64,000 nucleotides of DNA from Amoebidium appalachense (GCA_963693365.1 CAVNZM010000003.1:7187312-7251311); one strand, 5' to 3'; counted from the stretch's first letter, positions 35,824 through 60,798 are shown. The notes: generated by a model from the sequence alone, not told the origin. Program-made: numbers and translations.

Positions 35824-37674
35824 CTAATTTCTAGCCCCAGCAACACCAATCAGGGCGCAGTTGTGCCTCAGCAGTGCCTCTACATCACTCAGGTACACGT
35901 GGTCCTCCCCCCTCACATAGCTGTCCACCAGCCCAAACTGGTACGCAAACTGTACCTCAGCCCCCAGCCCACACTCCCTGGCCACCCTCTCGACCAGGCC
36001 CATCCTCATATCCTGCCTCTCCTCATCCCCATCCTGATTGATCGCCTCCACACCCAGCTCCCACTTCCTTCTTGCCTTCCTCATCCCCCTCATCGACTCA
36101 GCAAAGTGGCTCCTGAACATATCATTGAGGTCCTGCACCATGAACACACATGGACGTCCCTGTGTGCTCTTCTCACTGTGCGGCAGGCACGCAAATGCCT
36201 GCAACTTCTCGAACTTTCCAAAGCGGTGATGGCGCAATACACCCACCCTTGCCACATCAGCCGCCGTGGGGGGGTGCAGGCCGATAGGTTCACTCAGCAC
36301 ACAGCCATCACACAGCTCAAACGTGCCAAAGGGGAAGGCGGGGGGTGTGTGTCCGGGTGCAGGGGGAATCAAGAGGTGCTTGGAGGTGGGCACAAACCGC
36401 ACAGCCCTAGGCCCCATGGGCTGTAGCTTCCAACACCTTGCACACACGCCCTTATTGCTGGTCTGGGCCTCCACCTGCTCCCTCACAGCAACGAGGGGTA
36501 TGGAGCCACCAAGCACAGAAACAACTAGGGTGTGCTCCGTGGCCTGAGAGTGGTCTCTGGGCAGGCTGTGTGAGGGGGGTTGGAGGGGCGGCACTGGATA
36601 TACGTCGAATATCTCCCAAGCCACATCGTCCAAAAACGAGTCGTCGCATCCGCGCACATAGCGATAGCTGAGGGGGTGTTTGTGTGTATGTTCCTCAGTG
36701 CACTCAAACGCCACACTGACCACGGCAAAGAGACCTCTGACCTCCGCCAGCCGCAATGTTTCTTCGTCCTTCATCCAGCACGGGTTGAGATGTGTGCGCC
36801 GAATAATTTCAACCTCCCTCCGAGCCATCTGTTTTTCGATGTTGAGTGGATAGTGGGAATAATGTTTGCTCACAAACAGGATGATGTCTCGCTCGAGCAC
36901 AGCATGGCGTGAAGGCCGTGTGCAAAAATCCGTGCGGCGGACAACAAACCTTGTGATATCTGCTATGCCTGTGTGTGCAAGGGTGCTGGGCAGGCAGTAG
37001 CGTCTGCATGTTTCCTCCCCCAGCCCATCCTTACTCGCACGCACATATGTGAGGCGCTGGTCGCAGTTGGCGCACACAAACAGCATCTTCTGGGGGCCCA
37101 CACCCGCCACCCACTGAACAGGCACGCCGTTAAAGCTTGTGCCCTCCCCGTTGTGCTGGTCATTCAGCACGATCTGCACGCCGTTCCCCGTTTCAGGATA
37201 ACATGTTTCCACCTTGCACAGCGCACACACAACAAAGCTCACGAGGTAGCGGATAGCGCCTGCACGTGCACTCGCGAGGATCTCCTTTGCAGCAGTCCGT
37301 TGCTCCTTTGCTGTGTGCTTGCTGTGTGCCTCTGAGAGGTCTGTCTGGGCCTGCAACAGGCGGCTAGCCGTGTTGTGGGGCAGGTAGTGAACAAGTGCGG
37401 TGGTGATGAAAGGGAGGGAGTGGTGGAGGGCAACGTGACGGGAGGTGGGTGTGAGGCGACGCAGACAGCGCAGGAAACGAAGAAACTCCTGGGGGGTGTC
37501 CGTGCGTGCCGACAGGGACATAAGGTGCACGTACAGGTCACGGGGCAGGTCCTGGCCATGCTGCACGTGTGTGCGTTTGTGTGCGCTGTCATGTTCGTCG
37601 ACGGAAAAGAAAGAATCGCCCGTGTGTGAGCCTGGGTTGAGGTGTTCGTCATTAGAATAGGCCTGCACTTGCAT
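35824..37674 (-). CDS. Intronless 616-aa hypothetical protein: F-box-like N-terminus plus a duplicated CxxC..CxxC module
   Basis: Long non-repetitive ORF with normal composition. DLPRDLYVHLMSL resembles an F-box start. Cys pairs CALC/CANC and CARC/CDGC define two halves, each ending in YVRG. TGACGTCA and CCAAT motifs lie about 220-280 bp upstream. Confidence 0.8.
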   Translation of the reverse strand: MQVQAYSNDEHLNPGSHTGDSFFSVDEHDSAHKRTHVQHGQDLPRDLYVHLMSLSARTDTPQEFLRFLRCLRRLTPTSRHVALHHSLPFITTALVHYLPHNTASRLLQAQTDLSEAHSKHTAKEQRTAAKEILASARAGAIRYLVSFVVCALCKVETCYPETGNGVQIVLNDQHNGEGTSFNGVPVQWVAGVGPQKMLFVCANCDQRLTYVRASKDGLGEETCRRYCLPSTLAHTGIADITRFVVRRTDFCTRPSRHAVLERDIILFVSKHYSHYPLNIEKQMARREVEIIRRTHLNPCWMKDEETLRLAEVRGLFAVVSVAFECTEEHTHKHPLSYRYVRGCDDSFLDDVAWEIFDVYPVPPLQPPSHSLPRDHSQATEHTLVVSVLGGSIPLVAVREQVEAQTSNKGVCARCWKLQPMGPRAVRFVPTSKHLLIPPAPGHTPPAFPFGTFELCDGCVLSEPIGLHPPTAADVARVGVLRHHRFGKFEKLQAFACLPHSEKSTQGRPCVFMVQDLNDMFRSHFAESMRGMRKARRKWELGVEAINQDGDEERQDMRMGLVERVARECGLGAEVQFAYQFGLVDSYVRGEDHVYLSDVEALLRHNCALIGVAGARN

Positions 37675-39206
37675 GTTTGCGTGTACTAAGTCCCTCCTAA
37701 AAAAAGTTGTGTGTCTAAATCTGGGTATCCTAGTGTCATATACTAAGAGTATACGCTCTCAGCTTCTACAGTGTTTCTATTAGCTAGTGGAAGGTCCTTT
37801 CTACCCACGTGTACATGTATATTGACCAGTTTGCGAGCCAAACGTCGACGTTGTGGGGGCCCTGGGCCACATATTTGTAACAAACACTCTTGTGACGTCA
37901 CAAGTGGGCGAATGCCATTGGTTGCCTTATGAGCCGCAGCTGTTGATTGGCTAATTCGAGAGAAGATAACCATATATGGGAGACCCGCCACGCGAGCCTC
38001 TTCCACACGCCGAGGGTACACTTGCATAATTGTGGCCCGTGCAGTGTGTAACCGAAGAAAAGACACGTGCAGACGTGGAAGGATGCCTGCGCCGCGCGCA
38101 GTGACACGCTCCCTGCAGCTACCTGGGTGTCACTGGGCATTATATGAACACCCTAGATGCCCCTCGAGCTTGCTAGCATGGAACTTCAGAGTTAGGGACG
38201 TCGATGATGGTCTCGGCACCCGCGCACAACACACAAACACACACACAAACACACACGTGCACACACACACACGCACGCACACACATACACACACATGCGC
38301 ATGCACCCACGCGCGCACGCACCTTACAGTGCTAACCGTATTGGCCTCTGTGCTTAATCGTATTTTGGTTCAATACGATTTGTAAGGCAAACCCAGCCAC
38401 GGTGACAGCTGGCTGCACTGCGGCCTGGGACCGGGAAAAGTTATTTCACCTTGTAAACGAGGCAAATCACCCTACCTTCAAGCAAAAGCAAAATTATGAT
38501 ACGTAGATTTGTGGGATAGATTTCTTTATTATTACATATCATATTACATGTTTAGCTGATTCTACATCCAAAAGGCACATGTGAGCATAGCCACTGCACA
38601 TGGAATTGGTATGTTGCTGCGTTCCATCGGGTTCTGTCTGTCCAGCTGGGATGACGAGACGTCAGTGTCAGTTGGGGTGAAAGCACAAAGCGTGAGGTCA
38701 CGGCGTGCACAGGCTACGGTGTAGACCCTACAATAATATTTACACCAAAAACAGATTTGACCACTATATACCTCAGTATCAGTTCTGGGCCAGTGATATT
38801 ACACACCTCAGCGTGCACACAGTGCCTCAGCACAACACCGCACTGCAGGACTTGGCCAATTATGGTCAGTTCTAGAACAGCTGGGCCTCTACATACAACA
38901 CACAGGTCATAAGCAGAACACTTGCACCTATGTTTCACAACACCTGTTTTGCCATTTAACCCCCAAAGGTGCTGGGGTTCCTTATTGCCCGCGGCACCAC
39001 AAGGTGAAAGAACATGCACGCCCACCACAGCCCCACCCTCCCACGTGGAAGCACCCTCCTCCGGTGGGGACAACCACGTCAAGCCCAGCAACAAGGTAAA
39101 GACCAGTGCCACCTACCCACCCGACAACCAGTGCGTTGACATTGGCGATGTGCTCAGTAGCTTCGAGTTGGTGTCCGCTGGAGACTGTGCCCAGCAAGGC
39201 AAAGGC

Positions 39207-40420
39207 ATGGATCAAGACCCCACAACCCCTATGCCTGGCACAGTGACTAAGCACGTGCCTCTGTTAGAGGACGGCAGGGTGGACTGGCCCGTACCGACCA
39301 CAAGTGGCACGGAGAATGGAACGAAAAAGCGGCTATGGAAGGCCCTGGGCGTGGTGGTGGCTGTGCTCGTGGTGTACGTCACACTGGCATATGTGGCCAC
39401 CGTGGGCACACCAGCCATTATCAGCACAGAGGTGGATGTGCTGTGTGCAAACAGGAGAGAGTCAGACGCATCGGCAGCACTTGGGTGGATGTGTTGTGGC
39501 CTGGGCGTGTTATGTTTTCTGTGTGTTCCCATCGGCACAGTTGTTAAACCCTTTCCCACCTGCCTTCAAGTGGACGCCTGCCTGTGTGGCAGTTTACGCT
39601 TACATCTATCGGGTTTGGACTTGCGTTTGCCGAAATGGCGTACTTCTTCCTTGATGAATGGACGGGTGGGCTCTATCCCGTTTACGACTACGCAGGCCTT
39701 CGTCCGCGCAGCCCACTCCGCATGTTGATACAGCTGGCACCTGGCTGCCCGGTGACGGCCCTTACCGTGGTGCCCATCACGAGTCTTCTACTGCGGTTTG
39801 TGGTCATCTACTTTGGCCGGCCACGCCTTTGCCCGCCCGGGTGGGTGTCCCAGCTCGAGGTCGACGCCATACGCACGTGGGCCAACACGGCCCCATACGT
39901 CTACCTGGCCGTGGGCATCCTGCCGGGGTTGGTGCTGTTTGCCATGTTCAGCTACACGGACTACATGATAGGCGAGATACCAGAGCGTGAGCTGAGCGCT
40001 GCCTGGTCGCTGCACATCAAGATACCTGCGGCTGCAAAATGGTACCGCAGCATAGTGCTGGCGGTGGACCTGATGTCCGTTGTGGGCTGTCTGTTTCTCA
40101 TCAGGCGGGCGCTGAGCAAAAACGACCTTGACCAGACCAGAATCCTCATTACTGCCTCCGTCCTGCTGGCGCTGGGCCATTTCTACTACTGGTTCTTTCG
40201 CGAAAAAGTGATGATCACACTGTGGGCCAAGGTGGTGATGCTACTACTGGCATTGCTGCAAGGCTTGATCTTAAGGTATTACTACTTCACCGTGGTTCGA
40301 ATTATGCAAAGGCACGACAAGAAGCGGTCTGGGAGGGGAGGCAATACTTGTGTGAGTGCGGCCGAAATGGCTCCTGGTACAGGGCCACGAAGCAGCCACG
40401 ACGCAGACGGTGACGAATGA
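39207..40420 (+). CDS. Multi-pass membrane protein of unknown family
   Basis: Exon 39207-39431 (...RLWKALGVVVAVLVVYVTLAYVATVGTPAIISTE) joins in phase 0, across a GT-AG intron, to exon 39593-40420, giving about 7-8 hydrophobic segments. The frame is open upstream to ~38922, so the true start may be earlier. Confidence 0.7.
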
Positions 40421-41011
40421 TGCCTCGAAATGCTACGACTTAAATCATATTCCTAAATTTTTTTTTTTTTTGATTATGTTTTATCGTTTAACTTAGTGCC
40501 CAGACACACGCGTACTATCGATTTGGTGGTATATTTTGAGTTACGTATGTACATCTGTCTGTCTTACGTATGTCATCTGTCATTAGCTATATAGCCAGGG
40601 GACACATAGCCATATAGTCACAAGTGCAACACACTAAACAACTTCTATCGCGCATTCCCTTCTCGCAGTAACTTAGTATTCTTGTGTAGAACACGACAGT
40701 TTTTTTTTATGCCGTGTTTTTAACCCGAAAAACCACATTTAGTATTTAGGAACATGTTCATGTGCAATCCACTAGCCGACAAGATCTATCTTTTTTCCCC
40801 TGTACTTGCACTAGTGGTATATCCTTTATAAATCTTGAAAAACGAATACAAGTTCTTTTTAGAGGAAACACCCTGTGTAAACTTTTATTAACAGGCTAAG
40901 CAAATACATCAACATTCGCTAATTAATCAAGATGAGCCTAAGAGTTCAGTGTACATCCTGAGGCCCGGGAAGCGGAAGAGGCTCATGCATGCCCACTGGC
41001 TGTCGTGCCCC

Positions 41012-41045
<34 letters not shown>

Positions 41046-41684
41046 ACCACCACCACCACCCACCACCACACACACACCAACCCACCTAAAAGAAAAGAAT
41101 GAATCAGAAGCACGAGAAAGAAGTGCAAGCCAACATATGTGCAACACAAAAGAATGCTACACCATTTTAAGATATATTTTGGCGGCATGCACAGTCACTG
41201 TGCAAGCACCAGGTTCATTCTGATTGGGCGGATGCACCGGGCATCACAGCGAGGTTAACGAGCAGACGATATAATCAGAGGGTAGCACTAGATGCTGGGT
41301 AAGTATCCTGTGACGGAGAAAGTACTGCGGCCTTACAATGGCTGTGTATGCGATTCTACTTATTTTTTTTTTATTTTTATAAAAAAGCCTGATTCTTACT
41401 TTCTACGTAGTCGAGCAGACATTCATACAAAACGTACCCCACAATACGGCTATATGGTACCGAAACGTGATGCCCTAAAGAGGATCCTTTTAAATCACCC
41501 CCCCTCCCCCCCCCCCTTCCCCTCCCCCTCCCCCCCCCCTTCCCCTCCCCCTCTCCCCTCCCCCCCCCCTTCCCCTCCCCCTCTCCCCTTCCCTCCCCCC
41601 TGCCCCACCCGCCACACACACCCCAGGTCCCACCATGGCAGCCCAACCCCCCCCAGCACACACTCACACCCCCCATTACCCCCC

Positions 41685-53824
<12,140 letters not shown>

Positions 53825-54403
53825 GTTCCTTGTGTGTGTGCGAGCGGACTAGCCTATGAAGCAGTATGCATGCACTCTAATAGAAAGTATAACCAAGTCA
53901 CAGCATGTCACACACGCAAACATAACCTCTTCGGCTTTATAACACCTGCGTTTGTGTATCAAGTTTCACACATGTGGCCGGGGCTCTGGCCATGGAACAC
54001 TGAACTGACTGAGGGAAGGGTAGTTAGTGATGCTACCGAAAATGACGGTTGTTACTAAAAATACTAAACTAAAATTAGAATTTTCGAAAACCGGACACGA
54101 GTTGGAGTCATGTTGTTATGTTTTTGGGCTGGAACGAGGCCAGGTATGAGTGGCTATGTTCAAAATAGTGACATAGGTCCATAGGCTCATTGTTCAGAAA
54201 ACTGATAATATCTTCGGGACTGTTACATACACCCAGAACCCACACTATCATAAAGATCCAGGCAACACACCCCTCACAAGGAGGCACCGACTACATAGAG
54301 TATTTAGTCCGGAAACATAAACTTGTTCTCCCCTGCACTCAGGTTGCCTAGGCTAGCACACAAGGAGAAAACTTAGTTGTGTGAATAGCTGCTTACCATC
54401 AAA

Positions 54404-54939
54404 ATGGCGCTGTCAAGAAATAGCATGGAGTTTAAGCTGGACACCTCGAAGAAAAATAAGTCCCCCCCCCTCCCCCCCCCCCCCCCTCTCTCCCCTCCCC
54501 CTCCCTTTTCCCTCTCTCCCTCCCCCTCTCCCCCCCGCTCCCCGCCCTCCCGCCTGCTGCTTCCCCCTCCCCTCTCCCCAGCTTCTACCCTGTGATACCG
54601 ACACTGACAGGGACGTTGGCATAAAACAAGAGAGCAAAAATCAGCCATCCTGTTCGCCTAGTAGGGATATTGCAAGGCGCACCCAGGCAACTCACTATCT
54701 CAACACACACGCAGAGCCTTGCGTGCACAAAACACCCAGTAGAAAATGCACCTGCCCCCTATACAAGCACCTCCATGCACATATATAGTGTAGTGTGTCA
54801 AGACTTCTCCTTCTTATCCGCCCTCCCCCCCCTGATTCATGGCACAGCACCCGCTTCGTATAGGTGGTGCTCACAAACCCCCCCTTCCCCTTCCCCCTCC
54901 TCCTCCCTCCCCCCCCCCCACCCCACCACCACCACCACC

Positions 54940-54971
<32 letters not shown>

Positions 54972-55546
54972 GTCCCCTCCCCCTCCCCTCTCCTCCTTCC
55001 CCCAGCCCTGCAGTCCTCGAAAAGGTTTTTGCTGATTTTTTCTTTTGTTTCTTTCTTTTTTTCTTTTTTTCTCTGTTATATATTTATTTATTTATTTATT
55101 TATTTTTGTGGGGGGAGTGGGGGGGGGGGGGGGGGGGGGTTGATTCGTGCGGCACCTAAAAAATAATGTCCTTTACCCTGTGCTCTTCTTAGTCCTCCTG
55201 TCCGCTCCTTCCCCCCACCCCCTCCCCCCTCCCCCCTCCCAACCGCACCCCCCACCTCAACTTGCCTCAACCCGCCTTTTGCCCTTGCCCACACTCGCCA
55301 ACCCACACCACCACACCATATTGTTGGCCGCCCTTCTCCTCCACTCAATCCCTCTAGGGCATCACTCTAAGCCCATACTCTCCTATTTTCTTCTTGTGTT
55401 TCTTTGCCGTGGACTTATCTCTCCCTCCTTCCAGCACTGTTCTACGGGGGGTTTGCACTGCTGCCGTGGCTGTGGTGTGTCAACTGGCTGTGGTTTGGCC
55501 TGGATGCCTACCGCACACAGAACAGGGAGCTGAGGAGATGTGAGTC

Positions 55547-55606
<60 letters not shown>

Positions 55607-56649
55607 ACAAACACAAACACACACACACACACACACGCCTCCCTACCACCACCATCACACTTCCACCCTAACACGCCAACTACGATTTATATAAGAATGT
55701 TTCTGTTTCGTGCACGCTCCAATTTTTTATCAGCAAAGCAGAGGGCTGCCGGGTGGTGTGTATGGGGTGGGGGGAGGGGGTTTGACATTGGAGGGGGGAG
55801 GGGGGGGGGGGGGGGGTGTTTGCATGTGAAACAAGAGGGAAGGTGGCATGGGTGCGCACCTAGGGGCGGTTGTTTCAGTTAGTGCACTTTTCTGTGTGTT
55901 GATTGGCGGTGAGTGGGTGGTGGGGATGGCTGCAGCACCGGCGGCAATGCTGATGGTGGTGGTGTTGTTTTTTTTTTTTGTTTTTTTTGTTTTTTTTGGG
56001 GGGGGGGGGGGAGGGGGGGGGGTTGTTAGTGGGGTATGACTGAGAGGGTAAACCTTTTGCGCTGGTTGGTGTGTTAACCTGTCATGCACAAACGGGACAA
56101 TGTGCACCCACACAAGCCTGTCTACAACCCCCCTCCCCTCCCCCCCTCCTCGTGACTTATGCTCTACTTCTCTGCTTGTGTTGGTTTTTTTTTTTTTGTC
56201 TTCTTGCAGCTATTATTGTTCTTTGGTTCACAAAACCAGACCATTATGAGTGTTGTCAGGGGTCTTACACCTCCTCCCTCCGTCACCAAACACTCAGAAA
56301 AAGACACACACGGCACCACTCCCACCGCCTTTACCCCCCCCCCCCACCCCCTTCTTCCCACCGTCTCCACACATTGATAATCCCCCGAAGCTACAACATG
56401 AATGTTTTGCTTACTGCGTGTTCATTTTGCCTCTCTGTCTTGTTTTCCGTTTTGAATCTGTTTCAACTCCACTATATGAACTAGTCTGACCCTTCCCCCC
56501 GATTCACAGATGTGATCGGGTCGTTTATTGGCAGCATGGTGTGGGTGTGTCTCCTGGCGGCATGGTGCATAGTCTACAGCAACCAGAGGGTGGCATGGGG
56601 GGCTACGGGGGATGACCTATCATTGGTCATACCAAAGGGCAGGCCCTGA
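54404..56649 (+). CDS. PSENEN: Gamma-secretase subunit PEN-2
   Basis: Exons 54404-54455, 55438-55539 and 56510-56649 give MALSRNSMEFKLDTSKKMFYGGFALLPWLWCVNWLWF...RRYVIGSFIGSMVWVCLLAAWCIVYSNQRVAWGATGDDLSLVIPKGRP*. This matches the PEN-2 motifs GGFxxLPxLWxVN and WGAxGDxLSxxIPxGxP. The gene is head-to-head with RIOX1 (about 580 bp apart). Confidence 0.92.
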
Positions 56650-57366
56650 TGACGTCATGGGAATGGGGGGAGGGGGGGGGGGGGGGGGGGGAGGGGGATA
56701 TACAAAAGGTTTTGTTTGCATGAATGAATTGGAGTCTGTAGGACTTCTGTGTGGTTTTCAAAAAAGACGACAAAGACACTCAGTCTAGCAGGGTTTGGTC
56801 CTCAGTGGCCTCATTGACACAGAATTGACATAGTATGGACATGGAGTATGCGCATTCATGTGGTTGGTTTAAAACTCCCACATCTGGTTTGGCTTGCTCT
56901 GCAAAAGGGTAAATACTAAACACTGAAACAACCGGCTACGAGAAAGGGGGCCCTACGTAACACATTTTTAGAGTATAAAACATAGACACTGTTTAGCTTC
57001 AGGGGGTGGGTGGGGAATGGCTTGGGGTGGCTACAGATATTAGTGCTATAGGTGATGGGTGCAGGGCACTGTGTGCACTGTGTGCATGTGGATAGCTGCC
57101 GGCTAATATTAGCCTCATGTATGCGAATATTCGATGCATGTAACAGCGTGTATACGTGTGTAGTTGGTCACTGAGAGTAACATGTGGTGTGTGTACAAGT
57201 TCCCATATCTATGTGCCATGACTGAATAATACTAAGCTTTGTTATTGTTCAGTTGTGCACCACGGTTATGTTTTGCGGCTGTAATGATACTGATAATACG
57301 TGCATGCAATCCTAAATCGTTCAAGAATTTCGTAATACACACCTCAGAACATACATTGAGAATTGC

Positions 57367-57403
<37 letters not shown>

Positions 57404-57879
57404 TTCCTCTCCCCAATCCACCACCACCACCCCACACACACATGCATACACATTCAGCGCTAGCACCACTTGCACCACAAACGGGACGTCACAAAGACCG
57501 TCACGTGATGTAAGGACTGCAAGTTCTATTACCCTCCCCAATCAACCACGGCCCCATCCCCCCCTTCCCTCTCCTCCCCCTCCCCTCCCCTCCCCCTCCC
57601 CTCTTCTCGGCCCCAGGATCCCGAATAACTCTCGGTCCCCACCCTCACCCTCAACCCCCACTCCAACCCCCTCTAATTTGCAAGTCTCCCATGCATCCGA
57701 GGTAGTTACAAATGAAAGTTTTCACCGCACATTGCATGCACAATATAGAAGCTCAATATAGAGCAGTTTGAAAACACCAAACATAGATGCTCAAGTCGTT
57801 GATAGTCATCCAATATTATTTCAGTAAGTCACAACTTGCCTTTATTACATAGGGCAGGCAAAACCCAACACTCGAATCT

Positions 57880-57916
<37 letters not shown>

Positions 57917-58046
57917 TGCTCCCCCGGTCTTTCTCTCCGAGTAGGGGCTACCAATGAGGCTACTCGAACTTCTACTCACCTGTCGTTAATCACTCGTTAT
58001 ATGCATGCACATCATAACCCCCCCCCCCCCCCCCCCCCCTCTCCTA

Positions 58047-58091
<45 letters not shown>

Positions 58092-58269
58092 TGAAGTTCC
58101 CTGCTCGTTGTTTGCCCGCGCGTGCACCATCTCCAACAGCAAGTTTCCGAAATAGTACTACAAAAGGCAAAACGCATACGATATGCTGATATGTGAGTAC
58201 CAGGATGACGGTCACACACACACACACAAACATGTACACACACAGCACGCACACACGTGTGGACACACA

Positions 58270-58371
<102 letters not shown>

Positions 58372-58412
58372 CCGTGAGACACACACACGCACACACAGAG
58401 ATACACACGCAG

Positions 58413-58457
<45 letters not shown>

Positions 58458-58759
58458 AAATACACTGTGAAGCAGCATCGTATACACACACGTATGGATA
58501 CACACACGTACCAATGCACGCACAGCACACACGTAACACACACACACAAATCAATCAGCACGCACACACACACACACATACACACACGCAAATATACACA
58601 CAAACAATACAGCCACATGTAGCAAACATAATTACACAAATACACAGCAACACAGCACACGCACGCACGCATGCACTCACTCACGCACTGTACGCACTCG
58701 CACACCGTGACGCTCACCGGCGCGCGTGCGCGCGCGCACAAACACACACACACACACAG

Positions 58760-58894
<135 letters not shown>

Positions 58895-59415
58895 GGGCAC
58901 AACGAAGCAAGTGCCTGCAAATAAGTACCCCCAGTACCCCTACACGGGTGTTACATGGCGTATGTGCACCGGACAGACATATGCCCGATAATTATGAAAC
59001 TAGTAAAAACCACCAGAATCACTGGGCCGATTTTTTCCTCCACAGGAACACAAAACAGTGGGATGGGGTTGGTATTTGCAACTTGACCATGCACACTGCC
59101 TGGGGCATCGTCCCACACCTTGATCGATGGATCACCGTTTCATTGGTGAATCGTTTGAGTGTATATAACACCCGGCATGCATAACGATTAACACTGCAGG
59201 GGGTGCCTTCTCCGTTGAGCTATCAGAACACTTCAGGTTGTTGAGATTACACATACTCTTTGGAATCATCATCTACTTTTGCGCATAAGTTACAAGTTAA
59301 CAGCTCACCTGGCTTCTGAATCATCAGGTGTACATATATGCGCGCAGATGTGCGTGCGCTCACACTGGCACGGTGCGGCTCACGCACACACACACACACA
59401 CATGCACGTACCGGT

Positions 59416-59451
<36 letters not shown>

Positions 59452-59468
59452 CACACACAACACACACA

Positions 59469-59503
<35 letters not shown>

Positions 59504-59681
59504 CACGTACCGGTGTTCACACACACACGCACACACACACACACACACACAACACACACCACACACACACACACACACACACCACACACACACACACACA
59601 CACCACACACACACACACACACCACACACACACACACACACACATGCACGTACCGTGTACACACACACACACAATGCCTCT

Positions 59682-59944
59682 AACATGAGAAGTACCCTAA
59701 AATTCCAGAAATTTCTAAAATTCCAAAATACGGTGGAATAAGAGTAGAGAAGAGGAGAGAGAAGAAAAGCCCAAGTCCTGCCCCGGGTCCTCTCTTCGGT
59801 GTAGTTGTTATGTAATATTATTATTCAAGTTACCTCTCCTTGTTAAGAGGACGAAAGCTTCAAATAAGAGTAGAGTAGAAACTCTTATTCCGCCGTATTT
59901 TAGAAATTTCTGGATTTTTAGAAATTTATGGTACTTCTCATGTT
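59682..59944. mobile_element. 263-bp element with 64-bp imperfect terminal inverted repeats (MITE-like or captured organellar repeat)
   Basis: Arm 59682-59745 and the reverse complement of 59881-59944 match at 53/64 positions by hand count; the first 15 nt, AACATGAGAAGTACC, are identical. No clear target-site duplication. Confidence 0.65.
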
Positions 59945-60059
59945 GGAAACAATATTTCTGGTGCTCGATACAATTTCTCCCCGTCAAACCATATTAAATA
60001 AGTATCTATTAATATAAGATAGTAGGATTTTAGTACTTTCTTAACATGATTGATAAAGA

Positions 60060-60177
60060 AGGTAACACAGTAGAATGAGAGAGAGGAGCTTGAGTCTTGT
60101 AAATACAGAAGTTTAATAAGACGAATATAATAGAAAGCAGAGATAACAGAAGAGAGAACACCAAGGATGGCAAGTAA
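60060..60177 (-). pseudogene. nad2: NUMT fragment of mitochondrial nad2
   Basis: Translates LAILGVLSSVISAFYYIRLIKLLY, the conserved Nad2/NuoN C-terminal SVISAFYYxRxIK motif. Confidence 0.75.
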
Positions 60178-60660
60178 ATAGAAGTGAAGAGTATGAAAAC
60201 ATAAGTTTGAATAACAGCTACAGCTAATTCTGAACCTGACATACCAAAGATTAGGCTAATGCAGATAAGATACTAGCTAAAGAGAATAATCCTCCAGTTG
60301 CTAACATTGTTCAAATGAATCCGCTTAAGATAGTTAATAAAAGATGACGTGCTGAAATGTTGGCAGCAAGACGAACACCTAATGAGATTGCTCTAACTGA
60401 ATAATTTAGTAATTCAATTATTACTAATAAAGGAGCAAGAACCATTGGAGCTCCTTGTGGCATGAACATGCTTAAGAAGTTACTAATGCTAAAGCAACAC
60501 TGTTGTGAGCAGTAGCACTAAAATTTTAAGGAATCATTCCCATTAAGTTTAAATCTACAGTATATGTGAATAAAGTAAAGATAAATGGAAAATAAGCATT
60601 AACTTTTTCTCCGATGTTATCCTAAATTAGTCCATAAACAGTCTCGTATAAGTATTCTAG
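60175..60660 (-). pseudogene. atp6: NUMT fragment of mitochondrial atp6 (stops, deletion, frameshifts)
   Basis: YFPFIFTLF...NLMGMIP*NFSATAH, FMPQGAPMVLAPLLVIIELLNYSVRAISLGVRLAANISARHLLL and ELAVAVIQTYVF are recognisable. A TGA falls at a position plausibly encoding Trp. The region is AT-rich relative to its flanks. Confidence 0.9.
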
Positions 60661-60699
60661 TTGGTACTATGGGGCCCTCTTGGTTAATAGCGGGTAGCC

Positions 60700-60798
60700 T
60701 AGACTTGATAAGTTCTTACTACTTTAACAGTACGAACTTGAATCCACAATCTTCTGTTTATAAGACAGATGCTTTACTATTAGGCTCAGTATACTAGC
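60700..60798 (-). pseudogene. Degenerate mitochondrial tRNA-Thr copy (anticodon UGU mutated to UAU) with one hairpin insert in the T-loop
   Basis: GCTAGTA...AAGCATCTGTCTTATAAACAGAAGATTGTGGATTC is paralogous to the copy at 60837-60974. The 3' end is diverged. Confidence 0.65.

Noticed and set aside
59940-59990. Minus-strand peptide GEKLYRAPEILF resembling kinase or actin motifs
   Set aside because: It is only about 12 residues, bounded by stops, with no supporting exons; this could be chance.
60500-60630. In-frame TAA/TAG in atp6 as stop-codon reassignment
   Set aside because: The same fragment has frameshifts and a deletion, so single substitutions after nuclear transfer explain the stops.
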